From contig MFBU01000009.1 of assembly GCA_001775055.1 (NCBI GenBank), positions 382-64,381 of the forward strand: 64,000 nucleotides of DNA, written 5' to 3'. This DNA comes from Candidatus Curtissbacteria bacterium RIFCSPLOWO2_02_41_11. Lineage in GTDB: Bacteria; Patescibacteriota; Microgenomatia; Curtissbacterales; GWA2-41-24. The notes under the pieces are model-generated. The model saw nothing but the letters and a program-made list of their open reading frames with translations. It was not told the DNA's origin and made no database searches. Both the position numbers and the translations under genes were made by a program. Numbering within the stretch: position 1 is the stretch's first letter; each line of letters starts with the position of its first letter. Positions 17,325 through 29,152 of the stretch are shown in pieces.

Positions 17325-19997
17325 TTACCTCTTTTTAACTTTTTTGACAACCCTAGTTTTAGTTTTTGGTTTGGCTTTTGGCTTTGCCTTTTTGGCTTTA
17401 ATCTTGAGTTTGTGTTTAGGCCTATTCTTGACTATAGATTTAGTTTTTGCTTTTGGTTTAGGTTTTGGCTTTTGTTGGGTTTTCGTTTGGGCGGCTACCT
17501 TTGAAGATTCGGGTTTTACAGATCCGTTTTCTACCTCCTCATCCTCCTTCTTTTTTTGAATGACAGTGGTGGCTGCGACTTTGTCGCCTACTGACAAGCG
17601 CATAATAATTACGCCCTGAGTATCCCGAGTAAGCCTAGGAATAGACCGTAGAGTTGTCCGCATGACCTGGCCTTTTTGGGAAGTCAAAATTAAGGCTTCA
17701 TCGGCCTTAGTTAGAATTTGGGCGCAGACAATCTCACCGGTTTTTTCGGTTAAGTTTGCCGCTTTTACACCGACGCCACCCCGAAGCTGCAATGGCCAGG
17801 CCAAAACCTGGGTTTTCTTACCAATTCCTTTATCGGTAATGACCAAAAGGTCAGCTTTTACGTCTCCTTTATCAATTACATCCATGCCGATTAGTTCATC
17901 ATTCGGTTTTAGTTTTATGCCGCGAACCCCCATGGTATCCCGAGCCATTGGTCGGACATCTTTTTCAGCGAATTTAATGGACAAGCCGTGCTTGGAAATC
18001 AGAAAAATGAGGTTGTCGCCGGCTGTTAATTTAGCCCAGCGCAGATGATCGCCGGAGGCAAGTTTAATAGCGATTATGCCTGATCTTCTAATCGATTCGT
18101 ATTGGGAAATTGCGGTTTTTTTGACAACGCCGTTTTTGGTTGCCATCAGCACATATTTGTGATTACTGGTCATTTGAGTCTTTTGTTTTTTAACTGGCAA
18201 GATCGATAGAACTTTTTCATTTTGTTGCAGGTCTAAAAGATTGACAATTGCTACCCCTTTGGAAACTCTGGAACTTTCAGGGAGATCATAGACTTTAAGC
18301 TGAAATACGCGGCCTATATTGGTAAAGAAAAGAAGGTTGTCATGGGTGTAGGCGGCAAATAGATGGGCAACGGTGTCCTCTTCTTTGGTGGTGATACCAG
18401 AGATACCCTTGCCGCCGCGGCGTTGAGTGCGGAAAGAAGAAAGATCTTGTCTTTTGACATAACCGCCCACGGTAACGGTAACGATAGTCGATTCATTGGC
18501 AATTAAATCCTCTTCGGAGAATTCACCGATTTTTTGTTTAAACACACGGGTGCGCCTGTCATCGCCGAAACGCTCTTTAAGCTTTAAAAGTTCTCCTTTG
18601 GCGACTGTTAAGATTTTTTCAGGGTGACTCAAGAGATCTTCCAAATAGGTAATTTCCTCAAGAGTCATGGTCAGTTCTTCCTCGATTTTTTGCCGCTCAA
18701 GACCCGAAAGCCTTTTGAGCTGCATATCCAGAATCGCCAGAGCCTGGACTTCGGTTAATTTAAATTTTTGCATTAGGTTGACTTTGGCGACTTGAGGATC
18801 CTGGCTTTTTTTAATGGTTTCGATGACGGCATCAATATTGTCAACGGCAATTTTTAAACCTTCCAAGATATGAGCTCGTTTTCTGGCTTCATCGAGTTCA
18901 AACTGGCTTCTTCTCTTAATGACTTTTTGGCGGTGTTTAATAAACTCACTCAAGATCATTTTGAGGGTTAGTGTTTGGGGAGTGCCATCAACAAGAGCCA
19001 CCATGTTGACCGGGAAGGATTGTTGCAGAGAGGTATGCTTGTAAAGATTATTTAGAACCGATTGCGGGCGGGCATCGCGCTTAAGTTCGATAACAATGCG
19101 CATACCTCGACGGTCGGATTCATCGCGAAGATCAGAAATCCCTTCCAGTTTCTTATCCTTGGCAAGCTCGGCAATTCTGGTGACAAGCGTTGCTTTGTTT
19201 ACCTGATATGGGATTTCGGAAACGGTTATTTGGAATTTAGCGCCTTTTGTTTCTTCAATATCGGCTTTGGCGCGCATTAAAATTTTACCGCGACCGGTGG
19301 CATAGGCGGCTGTAATTTCGGAAATGTCATAGATCTGGGCAGCAGTTGGGAAATCCGGTCCCTTAATATGTTCCATTAAATCCTCGACAGATAATTCCGA
19401 GTTGTCGATTAAAGCGCAGGCGGCATCAATGACTTCTGCCAAATTATGAGGCGGAATGTTGGTTGCCATACCGACGGCGATACCGGAGGCGCCGTTAATT
19501 AAAAGGTTTGGCAAAAGCGCCGGTAAAAATACCGGCTCTTTTAAAGTGCCGTCGAAATTCTCGGTAAAATCAACGGTTTTTTTATCGAGGTCGTAAAGCA
19601 GAGTTTCGGTAATGAGAGCCATGCGAGTTTCGGTGTAGCGCATAGCAGCCGGCGGGTCACCATCGATTGAGCCAAAGTTGCCTTGGCCATCGATTAACGG
19701 GTAACGCATGGAAAAGTCCTGAGCCATGCGCACCAGCGCCTCATAGACCGGAGCGTCGCCATGGGGATGGTATTTGCCTAAAACCTCACCGACAACTTTG
19801 GCGCTTTTGGAGTAGTGGGCACTGTGAGTTGTGCCCATTCGCTGCATGGCGTAGATGATTCGTCGGTGAACCGGTTTTAAGCCGTCGCGAACATCTGGCA
19901 GCGCGCGGGAAACAATAACCGACATAGCGTAGTCGAGATACGACCTTTGCATTTCATCTATAATTTCGACTTGCTGGATTTTGCCGATATCAGCCAT
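17325..19997 (-). CDS. gyrA: DNA gyrase subunit A with Lys-rich C-terminal tail
   Basis: [41 protein letters not shown] and GyrA-box QRRGGKG. Confidence 0.99.
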   Translation of the reverse strand: MADIGKIQQVEIIDEMQRSYLDYAMSVIVSRALPDVRDGLKPVHRRIIYAMQRMGTTHSAHYSKSAKVVGEVLGKYHPHGDAPVYEALVRMAQDFSMRYPLIDGQGNFGSIDGDPPAAMRYTETRMALITETLLYDLDKKTVDFTENFDGTLKEPVFLPALLPNLLINGASGIAVGMATNIPPHNLAEVIDAACALIDNSELSVEDLMEHIKGPDFPTAAQIYDISEITAAYATGRGKILMRAKADIEETKGAKFQITVSEIPYQVNKATLVTRIAELAKDKKLEGISDLRDESDRRGMRIVIELKRDARPQSVLNNLYKHTSLQQSFPVNMVALVDGTPQTLTLKMILSEFIKHRQKVIKRRSQFELDEARKRAHILEGLKIAVDNIDAVIETIKKSQDPQVAKVNLMQKFKLTEVQALAILDMQLKRLSGLERQKIEEELTMTLEEITYLEDLLSHPEKILTVAKGELLKLKERFGDDRRTRVFKQKIGEFSEEDLIANESTIVTVTVGGYVKRQDLSSFRTQRRGGKGISGITTKEEDTVAHLFAAYTHDNLLFFTNIGRVFQLKVYDLPESSRVSKGVAIVNLLDLQQNEKVLSILPVKKQKTQMTSNHKYVLMATKNGVVKKTAISQYESIRRSGIIAIKLASGDHLRWAKLTAGDNLIFLISKHGLSIKFAEKDVRPMARDTMGVRGIKLKPNDELIGMDVIDKGDVKADLLVITDKGIGKKTQVLAWPLQLRGGVGVKAANLTEKTGEIVCAQILTKADEALILTSQKGQVMRTTLRSIPRLTRDTQGVIIMRLSVGDKVAATTVIQKKKEDEEVENGSVKPESSKVAAQTKTQQKPKPKPKAKTKSIVKNRPKHKLKIKAKKAKPKAKPKTKTRVVKKVKKR

Positions 19998-20003
19998 GAT
20001 TAG

Positions 20004-20038
20004 TTTTGGGTTATGAGTGATGAGTCCTGAGTTTTTAG
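20004..20038. repeat. 5x7-nt array upstream of gyrA
   Basis: ttttggg ttatgag tgatgag tcctgag tttttag. Confidence 0.55.
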
Positions 20039-20043
20039 GAATT

Positions 20044-20538
20044 TCATTTCGAAAGATCTATAAACGAAAACGCAACTTTAGGAAGATTGGGCGCGTCTTC
20101 AATTAATGGGTTAGGTTCGGTAGAAGGATGACCAGATTGTTCCTGTTCTACAAATTGCTGCGGACTAGCCCATCTATCAAAGATAATTTTTTGAAAGTCA
20201 AGCTTACTAGGGTTTGGTTGTTGGAACCCTAGAAGAGTTTTTTTATTAAGGAGAGTGACTTTTACTTCAAGGTATTGATGCCAATTGGCTAGTTCTCGAC
20301 TGGTGAGTCGTGGAGATAATTGGACTTCTACAGTAACACAATAGGGTTTCGAAAAAAGAGATGTTTTGAGATTATCATCGGGCTGAGTTGCTTGAAGCTT
20401 GAAGATCGCTTCACCGATACCAGGTAGTACTTGTGGTTCTGTTGCGAAATCAGGAGGAATGGCATCAGTATCTAAGTCCTTAAATGGTGTAAAGGTATGT
20501 GTTTCTGAATGTGGTTGTTCGGCTGTAACTTCTGGCAT
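20044..20538 (-). CDS. Hypothetical protein between gyrB and gyrA
   Basis: ATG at 20538 (MPEVTAEQ...) abuts the gyrB stop; 164 aa. Confidence 0.6.
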   Translation of the reverse strand: MPEVTAEQPHSETHTFTPFKDLDTDAIPPDFATEPQVLPGIGEAIFKLQATQPDDNLKTSLFSKPYCVTVEVQLSPRLTSRELANWHQYLEVKVTLLNKKTLLGFQQPNPSKLDFQKIIFDRWASPQQFVEQEQSGHPSTEPNPLIEDAPNLPKVAFSFIDLSK

Positions 20539-20539
20539 T

Positions 20540-22507
<1,968 letters not shown>

Positions 22508-22586
22508 TTAGCTGATACATTAATTAATTTTATCAGAAACGGTTTGGCAATTGCAAGCTGTTTTGAAGCTATTTTAGTGACTTTAT

Positions 22587-23255
22587 TTAAAGAGAATTTA
22601 TTTGAAAAAACAAATTTGCCAGAACGAATTTGGCGTTGACATTAGCCTCAATCATTGTCTTAGCCTTGGCGCTTTTTTCGATTATTTCGGCAAGATCCTC
22701 TGGCGTAAAGTTCGAATTTCCTCCACCTATTTTTTTTAAGAGTTTTGTGTAAGCCATTTGAATTTGGCTACTTAGCCAGATACTTGGGTTTTCAACTTGG
22801 ACAATTTTTTCAATAGCGGCTAAAGTGTCTGATTCGTCCAAAATATTAAAATCCGAACTAGCTGATAGCTTGGGTTGTTTGGCCCTTTTAATAATTACTC
22901 TTGAGAGAATTGTCGGCAAAAATTGTTGTTTATTGTCGGCTTCCAAAACAATAATGGCAGATGCCGGAGGCTCCTCGAGGATTTTTAAAAGGGCGTTTTG
23001 AGCCTCATCGGTCAGCTTGTTTGCCTCTTCAATAATTACAAACTTGAAATTAGATTTTAACGGTTTTTGAAATATATGTCTTTTAAGATTTCGAACTTGA
23101 TCAATGGTTATAAATTGGCCTTGCGGCTCAATTATAAAAATATCCGGGGAAGTTTTCAGAAGGTTGATACCAAAGCTTTTGGCAAGATCTTTGGCTTCGC
23201 TCCGCCTAGTTATTTGATCTCCGATGATTAAATAGCTTTGGAATATTGTCTTCAT
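22587..23255 (-). CDS. holB: DNA polymerase III delta' subunit (short form)
   Basis: ITIDQVR, AQNALLKILEEPP and LPTILSR motifs. Confidence 0.85.
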   Translation of the reverse strand: MKTIFQSYLIIGDQITRRSEAKDLAKSFGINLLKTSPDIFIIEPQGQFITIDQVRNLKRHIFQKPLKSNFKFVIIEEANKLTDEAQNALLKILEEPPASAIIVLEADNKQQFLPTILSRVIIKRAKQPKLSASSDFNILDESDTLAAIEKIVQVENPSIWLSSQIQMAYTKLLKKIGGGNSNFTPEDLAEIIEKSAKAKTMIEANVNAKFVLANLFFQINSL

Positions 23256-23399
23256 TGCAAATTTGATTTTACAGTGATTGGACTAATATTTCCAATTTAT
23301 ATCCGAGATTTGTTATGATCAAATTAGAGTCAAGATATGAGCTAGCGTTTAGCGTCTAGCCATTTTATGGCACCTAAAAGTAAGGAGAACTGAATTATC

Positions 23400-25151
23400 A
23401 TGGCTGATTCTGCCCAAGGCGCAAACATTAAGAGAGATATTCAGACTAAAGCAAAACCTTCATTTATCGAAGATGTTTTAGAATTCCGTGGTTTACTGAC
23501 TGCCCAGCAACTTAGCTTTGTTAAGAACGAGGCTAAAAGAAGACAGGAATCTGTTGAGAAAATTTTAACGCAGATGGGTTGGGTAACTGATGAACAGTTA
23601 GCCGCAGCCAAGAGTGACGTACTTGGTGTGCCTTATGTTGATCTTTCGCAGCAGCCAATTTCTCCTGAAGTTCTAGCTTATCTACCTGAAGAGGTGGCCA
23701 GAAGATTTATAGTTATTCCGATTGCCAGGGAAGGCGAAACGTTATCAGTAGCCATGTCAGACCCCCTAGACTTGCAAGTCTTAGAGTTTATCGAGAAAAA
23801 ATCTGGTCTGGCTGTTCGGCCGTATATGGCTACTGTTGGTTCAATTCAAAGGGCGATAGCAGAACAATACAGCCGCGGTCTTTCTTTTGAAGTCGGTGAA
23901 GCTTTAAAAGAAGCGGCGCCGGGACTGACTACGCCTTTGGCAATTCAAACCGGAGTTTCCGGAATTTTGGGTGAAGCTCCGGTTGCCAGGATTGTTTCGA
24001 CACTTCTTGAGTATGGTATTAAAGTCAGAGCCTCTGATATCCACATCGAGCCACTCGAGAATGAAACTAGGATTCGTTATCGAATCGACGGAATTTTGCA
24101 TGAAAAGCTGATTTTACCAAGACGCATTCATGATGCGATAGTTTCCAGAATTAAAATTTTGGGTAATATGAAGATTGACGAAAAACGCTTACCCCAAGAC
24201 GCCCGTTTTAACTTTAAAGTCGGCCAAGAAGAGTTAGATTTGAGGCTTTCAACAATGCCTACCGCCTATGGAGAGAAAGTGGTAATGAGGCTTCTTAAGA
24301 AAACCGGTGGCGTGCCGACACTGCCGGAATTGGGGCTTCGCGGCAGCGCGCTTAAACATTTAGATGAAAATATTGCCAGACCACACGGAATTATTCTGAT
24401 TTGTGGTCCAACCGGTTCGGGAAAAACGACTAGCTTGTATTCGATTCTTTCAAAGTTAAATTCGACAAAAGTTAATATCATGACCTTGGAGGATCCGATT
24501 GAATATCAAATACCGGGGGTTAATCAGGTTCAGGTAAATACTCAGGCGGGATTAAACTTTGCTTCTGGACTGCGCTCATTTTTACGGCAAGACCCTAATA
24601 TTATTATGGTTGGAGAGGTTCGCGATTCTGAAACTACTGATTTGGCTATTCAGGCTGCTCTAACCGGTCATTTAGTTTTTTCGACTCTGCACACTAACGA
24701 TGCCGCCGGAGCTCTTCCCCGACTGTTGGATATGCAGGCAGAACCTTATTTAATTGCTTCAACGGTTACCTGTGTTGCCGGCCAGCGGGTTGTGCGTAGA
24801 GTTTGTGCGGCTTGTAAAATTGCTAAAGCTCCGTCTGAGGAAATATTTATAGAAATTAAAAAAACTTTAGGTGATCTTTATAAATTTGAAAAAAGTAACC
24901 CCCCAACTTTTTTTGTGGGTAAAGGATGCAGGGAGTGTAATAATACCGGCTATTTAGATCGAATTGGTATATTTGAGGTATTGGTTGTTTCAGAAAAAAT
25001 TGCCAGGATGATTCTTACTCGTGAACCGGTCCAAGCAATTGCCAATCAAGCGATCAGCGAAGGCATGATTACGATGAAACAAGACGGTTTTTTGAAAGTG
25101 ATTGAGGGTATAACGACTGTTGAGGAAGTCTTGAGAGTAGCGGAAGAATAA
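23400..25151 (+). CDS. pilB: Type IV pilus assembly ATPase
   Basis: ASDIHIEP, GPTGSGKTT, EDPIEY, LRQDPNIIMVGEVRD and tetracysteine motif. Confidence 0.95.
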   Translation: MADSAQGANIKRDIQTKAKPSFIEDVLEFRGLLTAQQLSFVKNEAKRRQESVEKILTQMGWVTDEQLAAAKSDVLGVPYVDLSQQPISPEVLAYLPEEVARRFIVIPIAREGETLSVAMSDPLDLQVLEFIEKKSGLAVRPYMATVGSIQRAIAEQYSRGLSFEVGEALKEAAPGLTTPLAIQTGVSGILGEAPVARIVSTLLEYGIKVRASDIHIEPLENETRIRYRIDGILHEKLILPRRIHDAIVSRIKILGNMKIDEKRLPQDARFNFKVGQEELDLRLSTMPTAYGEKVVMRLLKKTGGVPTLPELGLRGSALKHLDENIARPHGIILICGPTGSGKTTSLYSILSKLNSTKVNIMTLEDPIEYQIPGVNQVQVNTQAGLNFASGLRSFLRQDPNIIMVGEVRDSETTDLAIQAALTGHLVFSTLHTNDAAGALPRLLDMQAEPYLIASTVTCVAGQRVVRRVCAACKIAKAPSEEIFIEIKKTLGDLYKFEKSNPPTFFVGKGCRECNNTGYLDRIGIFEVLVVSEKIARMILTREPVQAIANQAISEGMITMKQDGFLKVIEGITTVEEVLRVAEE

Positions 25152-25245
25152 GGGTATCACGGGCGCCAAGGGTATCACGAGTACCACAGGCTTAAAACAA
25201 AAAGCTCTTGATACTTTTGGTACATTTGATACCTTTGGTACTCTT
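25152..25245 (+). repeat. 9-mer hairpin element (4 units + spacer + 4 inverted units)
   Basis: gggtatcac gggcgccaa gggtatcac gagtaccac ... ttgatactt ttggtacat ttgatacct ttggtactc. Confidence 0.85.
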
Positions 25246-25254
25246 AACATAAAC

Positions 25255-26319
25255 ATGTCTATCCAAGAGTATTTAGAAATTGTTGTTAAAAAGGAAGCTT
25301 CAGACCTTCATTTGGTTACCGGAATGCCGCCAATGGTGCGTATTGACGGGCAACTATTACCTGTTACCGGTTCTTTCTTGACACCAGAGGATACGGAAAG
25401 CCTGGTTTTTGAGCTTCTCTCCCCTGAGCAAAAGGAGATGCTTTTGGTTAACAGGGAGCTCGACTTTTCTTTTGCTCTTGGTGAAGTGGCTCGCTTTCGC
25501 GTCAATGCCTACTTTCAGAAAGGTTATCTGGCGGCAGCTTTAAGGCTGATTCCTTCATACATTAAGACGATTGAAGAACTAAACCTGCCCAAAATTTTGC
25601 ATAATTTTGCTAGACTTCGTCAAGGATTTATTTTGATTACAGGACCGACCGGTCACGGCAAGTCAACGACTTTGGCTTCGGTAATTAATGAAATTAACCA
25701 GACACGCGCGGTACACATAGTGACGATTGAAGATCCGATTGAGTATGTTTACCCTAAAGGCAAATCCCTAATTTCCCAAAGAGAGATGCATCTGGATACT
25801 CATTCATGGGAAATATCTTTGCGATCGGCTCTTCGAGAGGATCCTGATGTGGTTTTGGTTGGCGAGATGCGCGATTATGAAACAATCGCCTCGGCAATTA
25901 CCATCGCCGAGACTGGTCATTTGGTTTTTGCCACTCTGCACACCAATTCGGCTGCCCAGTCGGTCGACCGAATAATTGACGTTTTCCCCCAAAATCAACA
26001 GGCCCAAGTCCGGTTGCAACTTGCCGAGACAATTGCAGCTATTGTTTCGATGAGGTTGGTTCCAGCAATAGGTGGTGGAAGATTGCCAGCCGTAGAAATT
26101 CTTTTGACCAGTGGTGCAGTGCAGACGGTAATTAGAGAGGCCAAGAGTCACATGATTGACAATATTATTCAAACTTCGGGTGAAGCAGGCATGATTCTAC
26201 TTGATGCCTCTTTGGCCTATTTGGTTCGTTCTGGCAGGGTATCTCTGGATGTTGCCAAAAGTTACTGCATTAGGCCGGAGGAATTGGATCGCTTAGTGGG
26301 AAACAACACTAGTTCCTAG
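25255..26319 (+). CDS. pilT: Type IV pilus retraction ATPase
   Basis: ASDLHL, GPTGHGKSTT, ALREDPDVVLVGEMRD and AETGHLVFATLHTN motifs. Confidence 0.95.
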   Translation: MSIQEYLEIVVKKEASDLHLVTGMPPMVRIDGQLLPVTGSFLTPEDTESLVFELLSPEQKEMLLVNRELDFSFALGEVARFRVNAYFQKGYLAAALRLIPSYIKTIEELNLPKILHNFARLRQGFILITGPTGHGKSTTLASVINEINQTRAVHIVTIEDPIEYVYPKGKSLISQREMHLDTHSWEISLRSALREDPDVVLVGEMRDYETIASAITIAETGHLVFATLHTNSAAQSVDRIIDVFPQNQQAQVRLQLAETIAAIVSMRLVPAIGGGRLPAVEILLTSGAVQTVIREAKSHMIDNIIQTSGEAGMILLDASLAYLVRSGRVSLDVAKSYCIRPEELDRLVGNNTSS

Positions 26320-26342
26320 CGACTAGTGACTAGCGTCTAGAT
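26308..26342. repeat. 5x7-nt (NCTAGYN) array at the pilT/pilC junction
   Basis: actagtt cctagcg actagtg actagcg tctagat. A related 3-unit array lies at 23341-23361. Confidence 0.7.
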
Positions 26343-26343
26343 T

Positions 26344-27558
26344 ATGTCACTTTACCGTTATACAGCCAAGGATTTAAGCGGCAAAAAGTTTACCGGCGAA
26401 GTCGAAGCAATTGACGAGAAAGCCTTGGTAACCACTCTTCAAGGCGAAGGGCTGGTGCCGATTGAGGTTAGAGAACGCAATGCCCAAGGTTCTATAACTA
26501 TTGAGAAAGTCTTGCCTAAGACTGGCGGAGTTTCTTCCTCTGAAATTGTGGGTTTTACCAGACAGCTTTCGACAATGATTTCAGCAGGTCTTCCTTTAAC
26601 CGATGCCTTGGTAATTTTGGAAAAACAGGCTAAAAATAAGCATTTTGCGCGGGTACTTGCAGAAGTTGTGGCTGATGTCGAAGGCGGTACGTCGCTTTCG
26701 GCGGCTTTTGCCAAACATCCCAGAGTTTTTGACATTATCTATGTGAAACTGGTTGAGGCCGGTGAAACCGGCGGAGTTTTGGATAAGATTTTAAATAAAC
26801 TGGCCGAGTCTTTAGAGAAAGAAAGGGAATTTAAGGCGAAAACCCGGGGCGCTTTTATTTATCCGGCAATTGTGGTTGTGGTTATGATTATCGTAATGAG
26901 TATTATGATGATTTTTGTAATCCCCAAACTGACCAGTCTTTACACTGAAATCGGAGCAGCCCTGCCGCTTCCAACGAGAATTTTAATTGTCATGTCTAAT
27001 TTCATGAGGTCGTTCTGGTGGCTTTTAATAATGATGGTAATAGCCGGTACTTATAGCTTTAGGACATATTCCAAAACAGTCAGGGGCGGCCAGATTGTCT
27101 CAAAATTTGTTTTATGGTTGCCCATTTGGGGAAAAATCCGCAAAACCTTAATTTTAGCTCAATTCACGCGCACGCTTGGACTTTTAATCGGTAGTGGAAT
27201 CCCAATTATTACTGCCCTAAAAGTGGTGGCCGATCTTTTGGCCGCTCCTACTTATAAGGAAGGTATTGAATTTGCAATTTCCCGGGTGGAGCGTGGTGCG
27301 CCGCTTTATCAACCGCTGGCTGCCAGTCCCGATTTTCCGCCGATTATCGGGCAAATGATCAGAGTTGGTGAGGAAACAGGTAAGATGGACGAGGTCTTGA
27401 TTAGACTTTCTGTTTACTTTGAAGCGGAAAGCGAGAATTTGATTCGAAATTTAACAACGGCACTCGAGCCGGTAATTTTAGTGATTTTGGGTGCGGGCGT
27501 TGGTGTTTTAGTGCTTTCTATTATCCTGCCGATCTACAATTTGACAGCGCAATTCTAA
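26344..27558 (+). CDS. pilC: Type IV pilus platform protein (GspF family)
   Basis: FTRQLSTMISAGLPL, GETGG.LD, GEETGKMD and LEP motifs. Confidence 0.95.
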   Translation: MSLYRYTAKDLSGKKFTGEVEAIDEKALVTTLQGEGLVPIEVRERNAQGSITIEKVLPKTGGVSSSEIVGFTRQLSTMISAGLPLTDALVILEKQAKNKHFARVLAEVVADVEGGTSLSAAFAKHPRVFDIIYVKLVEAGETGGVLDKILNKLAESLEKEREFKAKTRGAFIYPAIVVVVMIIVMSIMMIFVIPKLTSLYTEIGAALPLPTRILIVMSNFMRSFWWLLIMMVIAGTYSFRTYSKTVRGGQIVSKFVLWLPIWGKIRKTLILAQFTRTLGLLIGSGIPIITALKVVADLLAAPTYKEGIEFAISRVERGAPLYQPLAASPDFPPIIGQMIRVGEETGKMDEVLIRLSVYFEAESENLIRNLTTALEPVILVILGAGVGVLVLSIILPIYNLTAQF

Positions 27559-27591
27559 CTGGAAACTAGAAACTATAAACTTGGAACCAGA
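27557..27591 (+). repeat. 5x AACYNNN array upstream of and overlapping the four-helix-bundle start
   Basis: aactgga aactaga aactata aacttgg aaccaga. Confidence 0.8.
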
Positions 27592-27946
27592 CACAGTAAA
27601 TTTTAGATTCTTAAATTTTAAGGTCTACAAAGACGCAAAAAAATTTTATCATGAGATTGTTAGGATAACTGCTAACTTTCCTAGGCAATATTGGGAGTTG
27701 GGAGACCAGATGAGAAGAAGCGCTCTTTCTGTAATTCTTAATCTAGCAGAGGGTTCAGCCAAGAAGTCAGACAGAGATTTTAACCGTTACATTAAAAATA
27801 GTTTAGGGTCAATAAATGAGTGCGCAGCGGGTATTGACGTGGCTTTTGGCGAAAAACTTGTAAATGAGGAGGTTTTTAAAAATCTAATGATTAAAGCGTC
27901 AGAAATCGCAAATCAATTAGGCGGGTTCTCAAAATCTTTGAGGTAA
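27581..27946 (+). CDS. Four-helix-bundle protein (23S rRNA IVP / TIGR02436 family, Avd-like fold)
   Basis: F.VY..A, FP....LGDQMRRSALSVILNLAEGS, F.RY...SLGS.NEC motifs; 121 aa. Confidence 0.9.
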   Translation: MEPDTVNFRFLNFKVYKDAKKFYHEIVRITANFPRQYWELGDQMRRSALSVILNLAEGSAKKSDRDFNRYIKNSLGSINECAAGIDVAFGEKLVNEEVFKNLMIKASEIANQLGGFSKSLR

Positions 27947-28054
27947 CTCGAAACATTAAACCTTAAACTTGAAACCATAAACTGAACAGAGACTAAGTGG
28001 TGGTAGCTTGTGAAGTATTTCATGTTTCCAGTTTATTGTTTCCTGTTTCACGTT
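27945..28054. repeat. 6x AACNNNA array plus 5x inverted array downstream of the four-helix-bundle gene
   Basis: aactcga aacatta aacctta aacttga aaccata aactgaa ... tttcatg tttccag tttattg tttcctg tttcacg. Confidence 0.8.
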
Positions 28055-28061
28055 AGGTATC

Positions 28062-28135
28062 TTGACAACAGTTAACTTATCCCCAATACTTAAATAGAAG
28101 AGGAAATTTGAAAAGTTTATCCTCAGGAGGAGGTG
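28062..28135 (+). promoter_or_regulatory. Promoter and strong RBS of the major pilin
   Basis: TTGACA-N17-AATACT; AGGAGGAGGTG at 28125-28135. Confidence 0.6.
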
Positions 28136-28146
28136 AATAAATTTTT

Positions 28147-28623
28147 ATGGTTATTCCTGCCCGAAAGAAATTATTCAGGGGCTTCACATTAATTGAGCTT
28201 TTAATCGTCATTGCTATTCTGGGAATTTTGGCAGCCGCTGTTTTGGTTGCAGTCAATCCGAAAAAGAGACAAGATCAGGCTAAAGATGCAAATATTAAAG
28301 CTGATGTTGGATCAATTGCAACAGGACTTCAGGCATACTTTACTTCACCTGGTCAAGGATCTTACCCGCTTACTTTGCTAAAACTCGAAGAAAATAAAGA
28401 TTTGGTGAAGGTTCCAACACCTCCTGCTGGAGCCGGTGCCGAGTACGTATATGCAGTAAACCCATCAGCGACTTGTGATGGTACGGCAACAGCTCAATGT
28501 ATATCTGCAAGCGTTTCTGCGCCATTATTTGATAAGACTGCAACAGATGAGGTATGGTGTTGGCAATCATCAACCGGTAAGGGTCAGCCTGTGACTGCCG
28601 CTGTAGGTTGTCCGGCAAACTGA
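28147..28623 (+). CDS. Type IV pilin (probable major pilin)
   Basis: G|FTLIELLIVIAILGIL prepilin site, 4 Cys, strongest SD sequence seen in the locus. Confidence 0.9.
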   Translation: MVIPARKKLFRGFTLIELLIVIAILGILAAAVLVAVNPKKRQDQAKDANIKADVGSIATGLQAYFTSPGQGSYPLTLLKLEENKDLVKVPTPPAGAGAEYVYAVNPSATCDGTATAQCISASVSAPLFDKTATDEVWCWQSSTGKGQPVTAAVGCPAN

Positions 28624-28659
28624 TAATTTAACAATAAGTCTTTTAAGAGTTAAGTTATT

Positions 28660-29115
28660 ATGTGTCGGCAACATGGATTTACATTAATCGAGCTTTTGAT
28701 TGTTGTTGCAATCTTGGGAATATTAGCCTTGGTGGCGTTCATGGCAATTAATCCGGCAAAACGCCAAAATCAGGCCAAAGATGCTAGGACTAAAGCTGAT
28801 ATTGACCAAATAGCCACTGGGCTCGGAGTCTACTTTACCACGCATCAACCACAAACCTACCCCGTGGATCTTTCAGAGGTTGTCAATAACAAAGATCTTA
28901 AATCTTTACCTACCCCTCCTAATAGTGGTACATACGGGAGTGGATACGCGGCAGTTGCCGAGGATGGAGGGACGTGTGACGGAGGTACGATTGTTTGTAG
29001 CCGGGCAAAGCTTTCATGGACCCTTAATGACCCTCAAAATGGTAATAGCGTATGGTGTTGGCAATCATCAACCGGCAAAGCACAACCTCTTACTCCCGTT
29101 TTGTGCACCCCTTAG
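28660..29115 (+). CDS. Type IV pilin paralog
   Basis: G|FTLIELLIVVAILG site; shares VWCWQSSTGK with the preceding pilin. Confidence 0.9.
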   Translation: MCRQHGFTLIELLIVVAILGILALVAFMAINPAKRQNQAKDARTKADIDQIATGLGVYFTTHQPQTYPVDLSEVVNNKDLKSLPTPPNSGTYGSGYAAVAEDGGTCDGGTIVCSRAKLSWTLNDPQNGNSVWCWQSSTGKAQPLTPVLCTP

Positions 29116-29152
29116 TTGCGCCAGTTTTTAAATTTGGCTATTCTTAGATTTA

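Noticed and set aside
27581-29115. Diversity-generating retroelement (Avd-like gene next to two similar pilins)
   Set aside because: No reverse transcriptase in the window, and the pilin similarity is not an adenine-specific TR/VR pattern.
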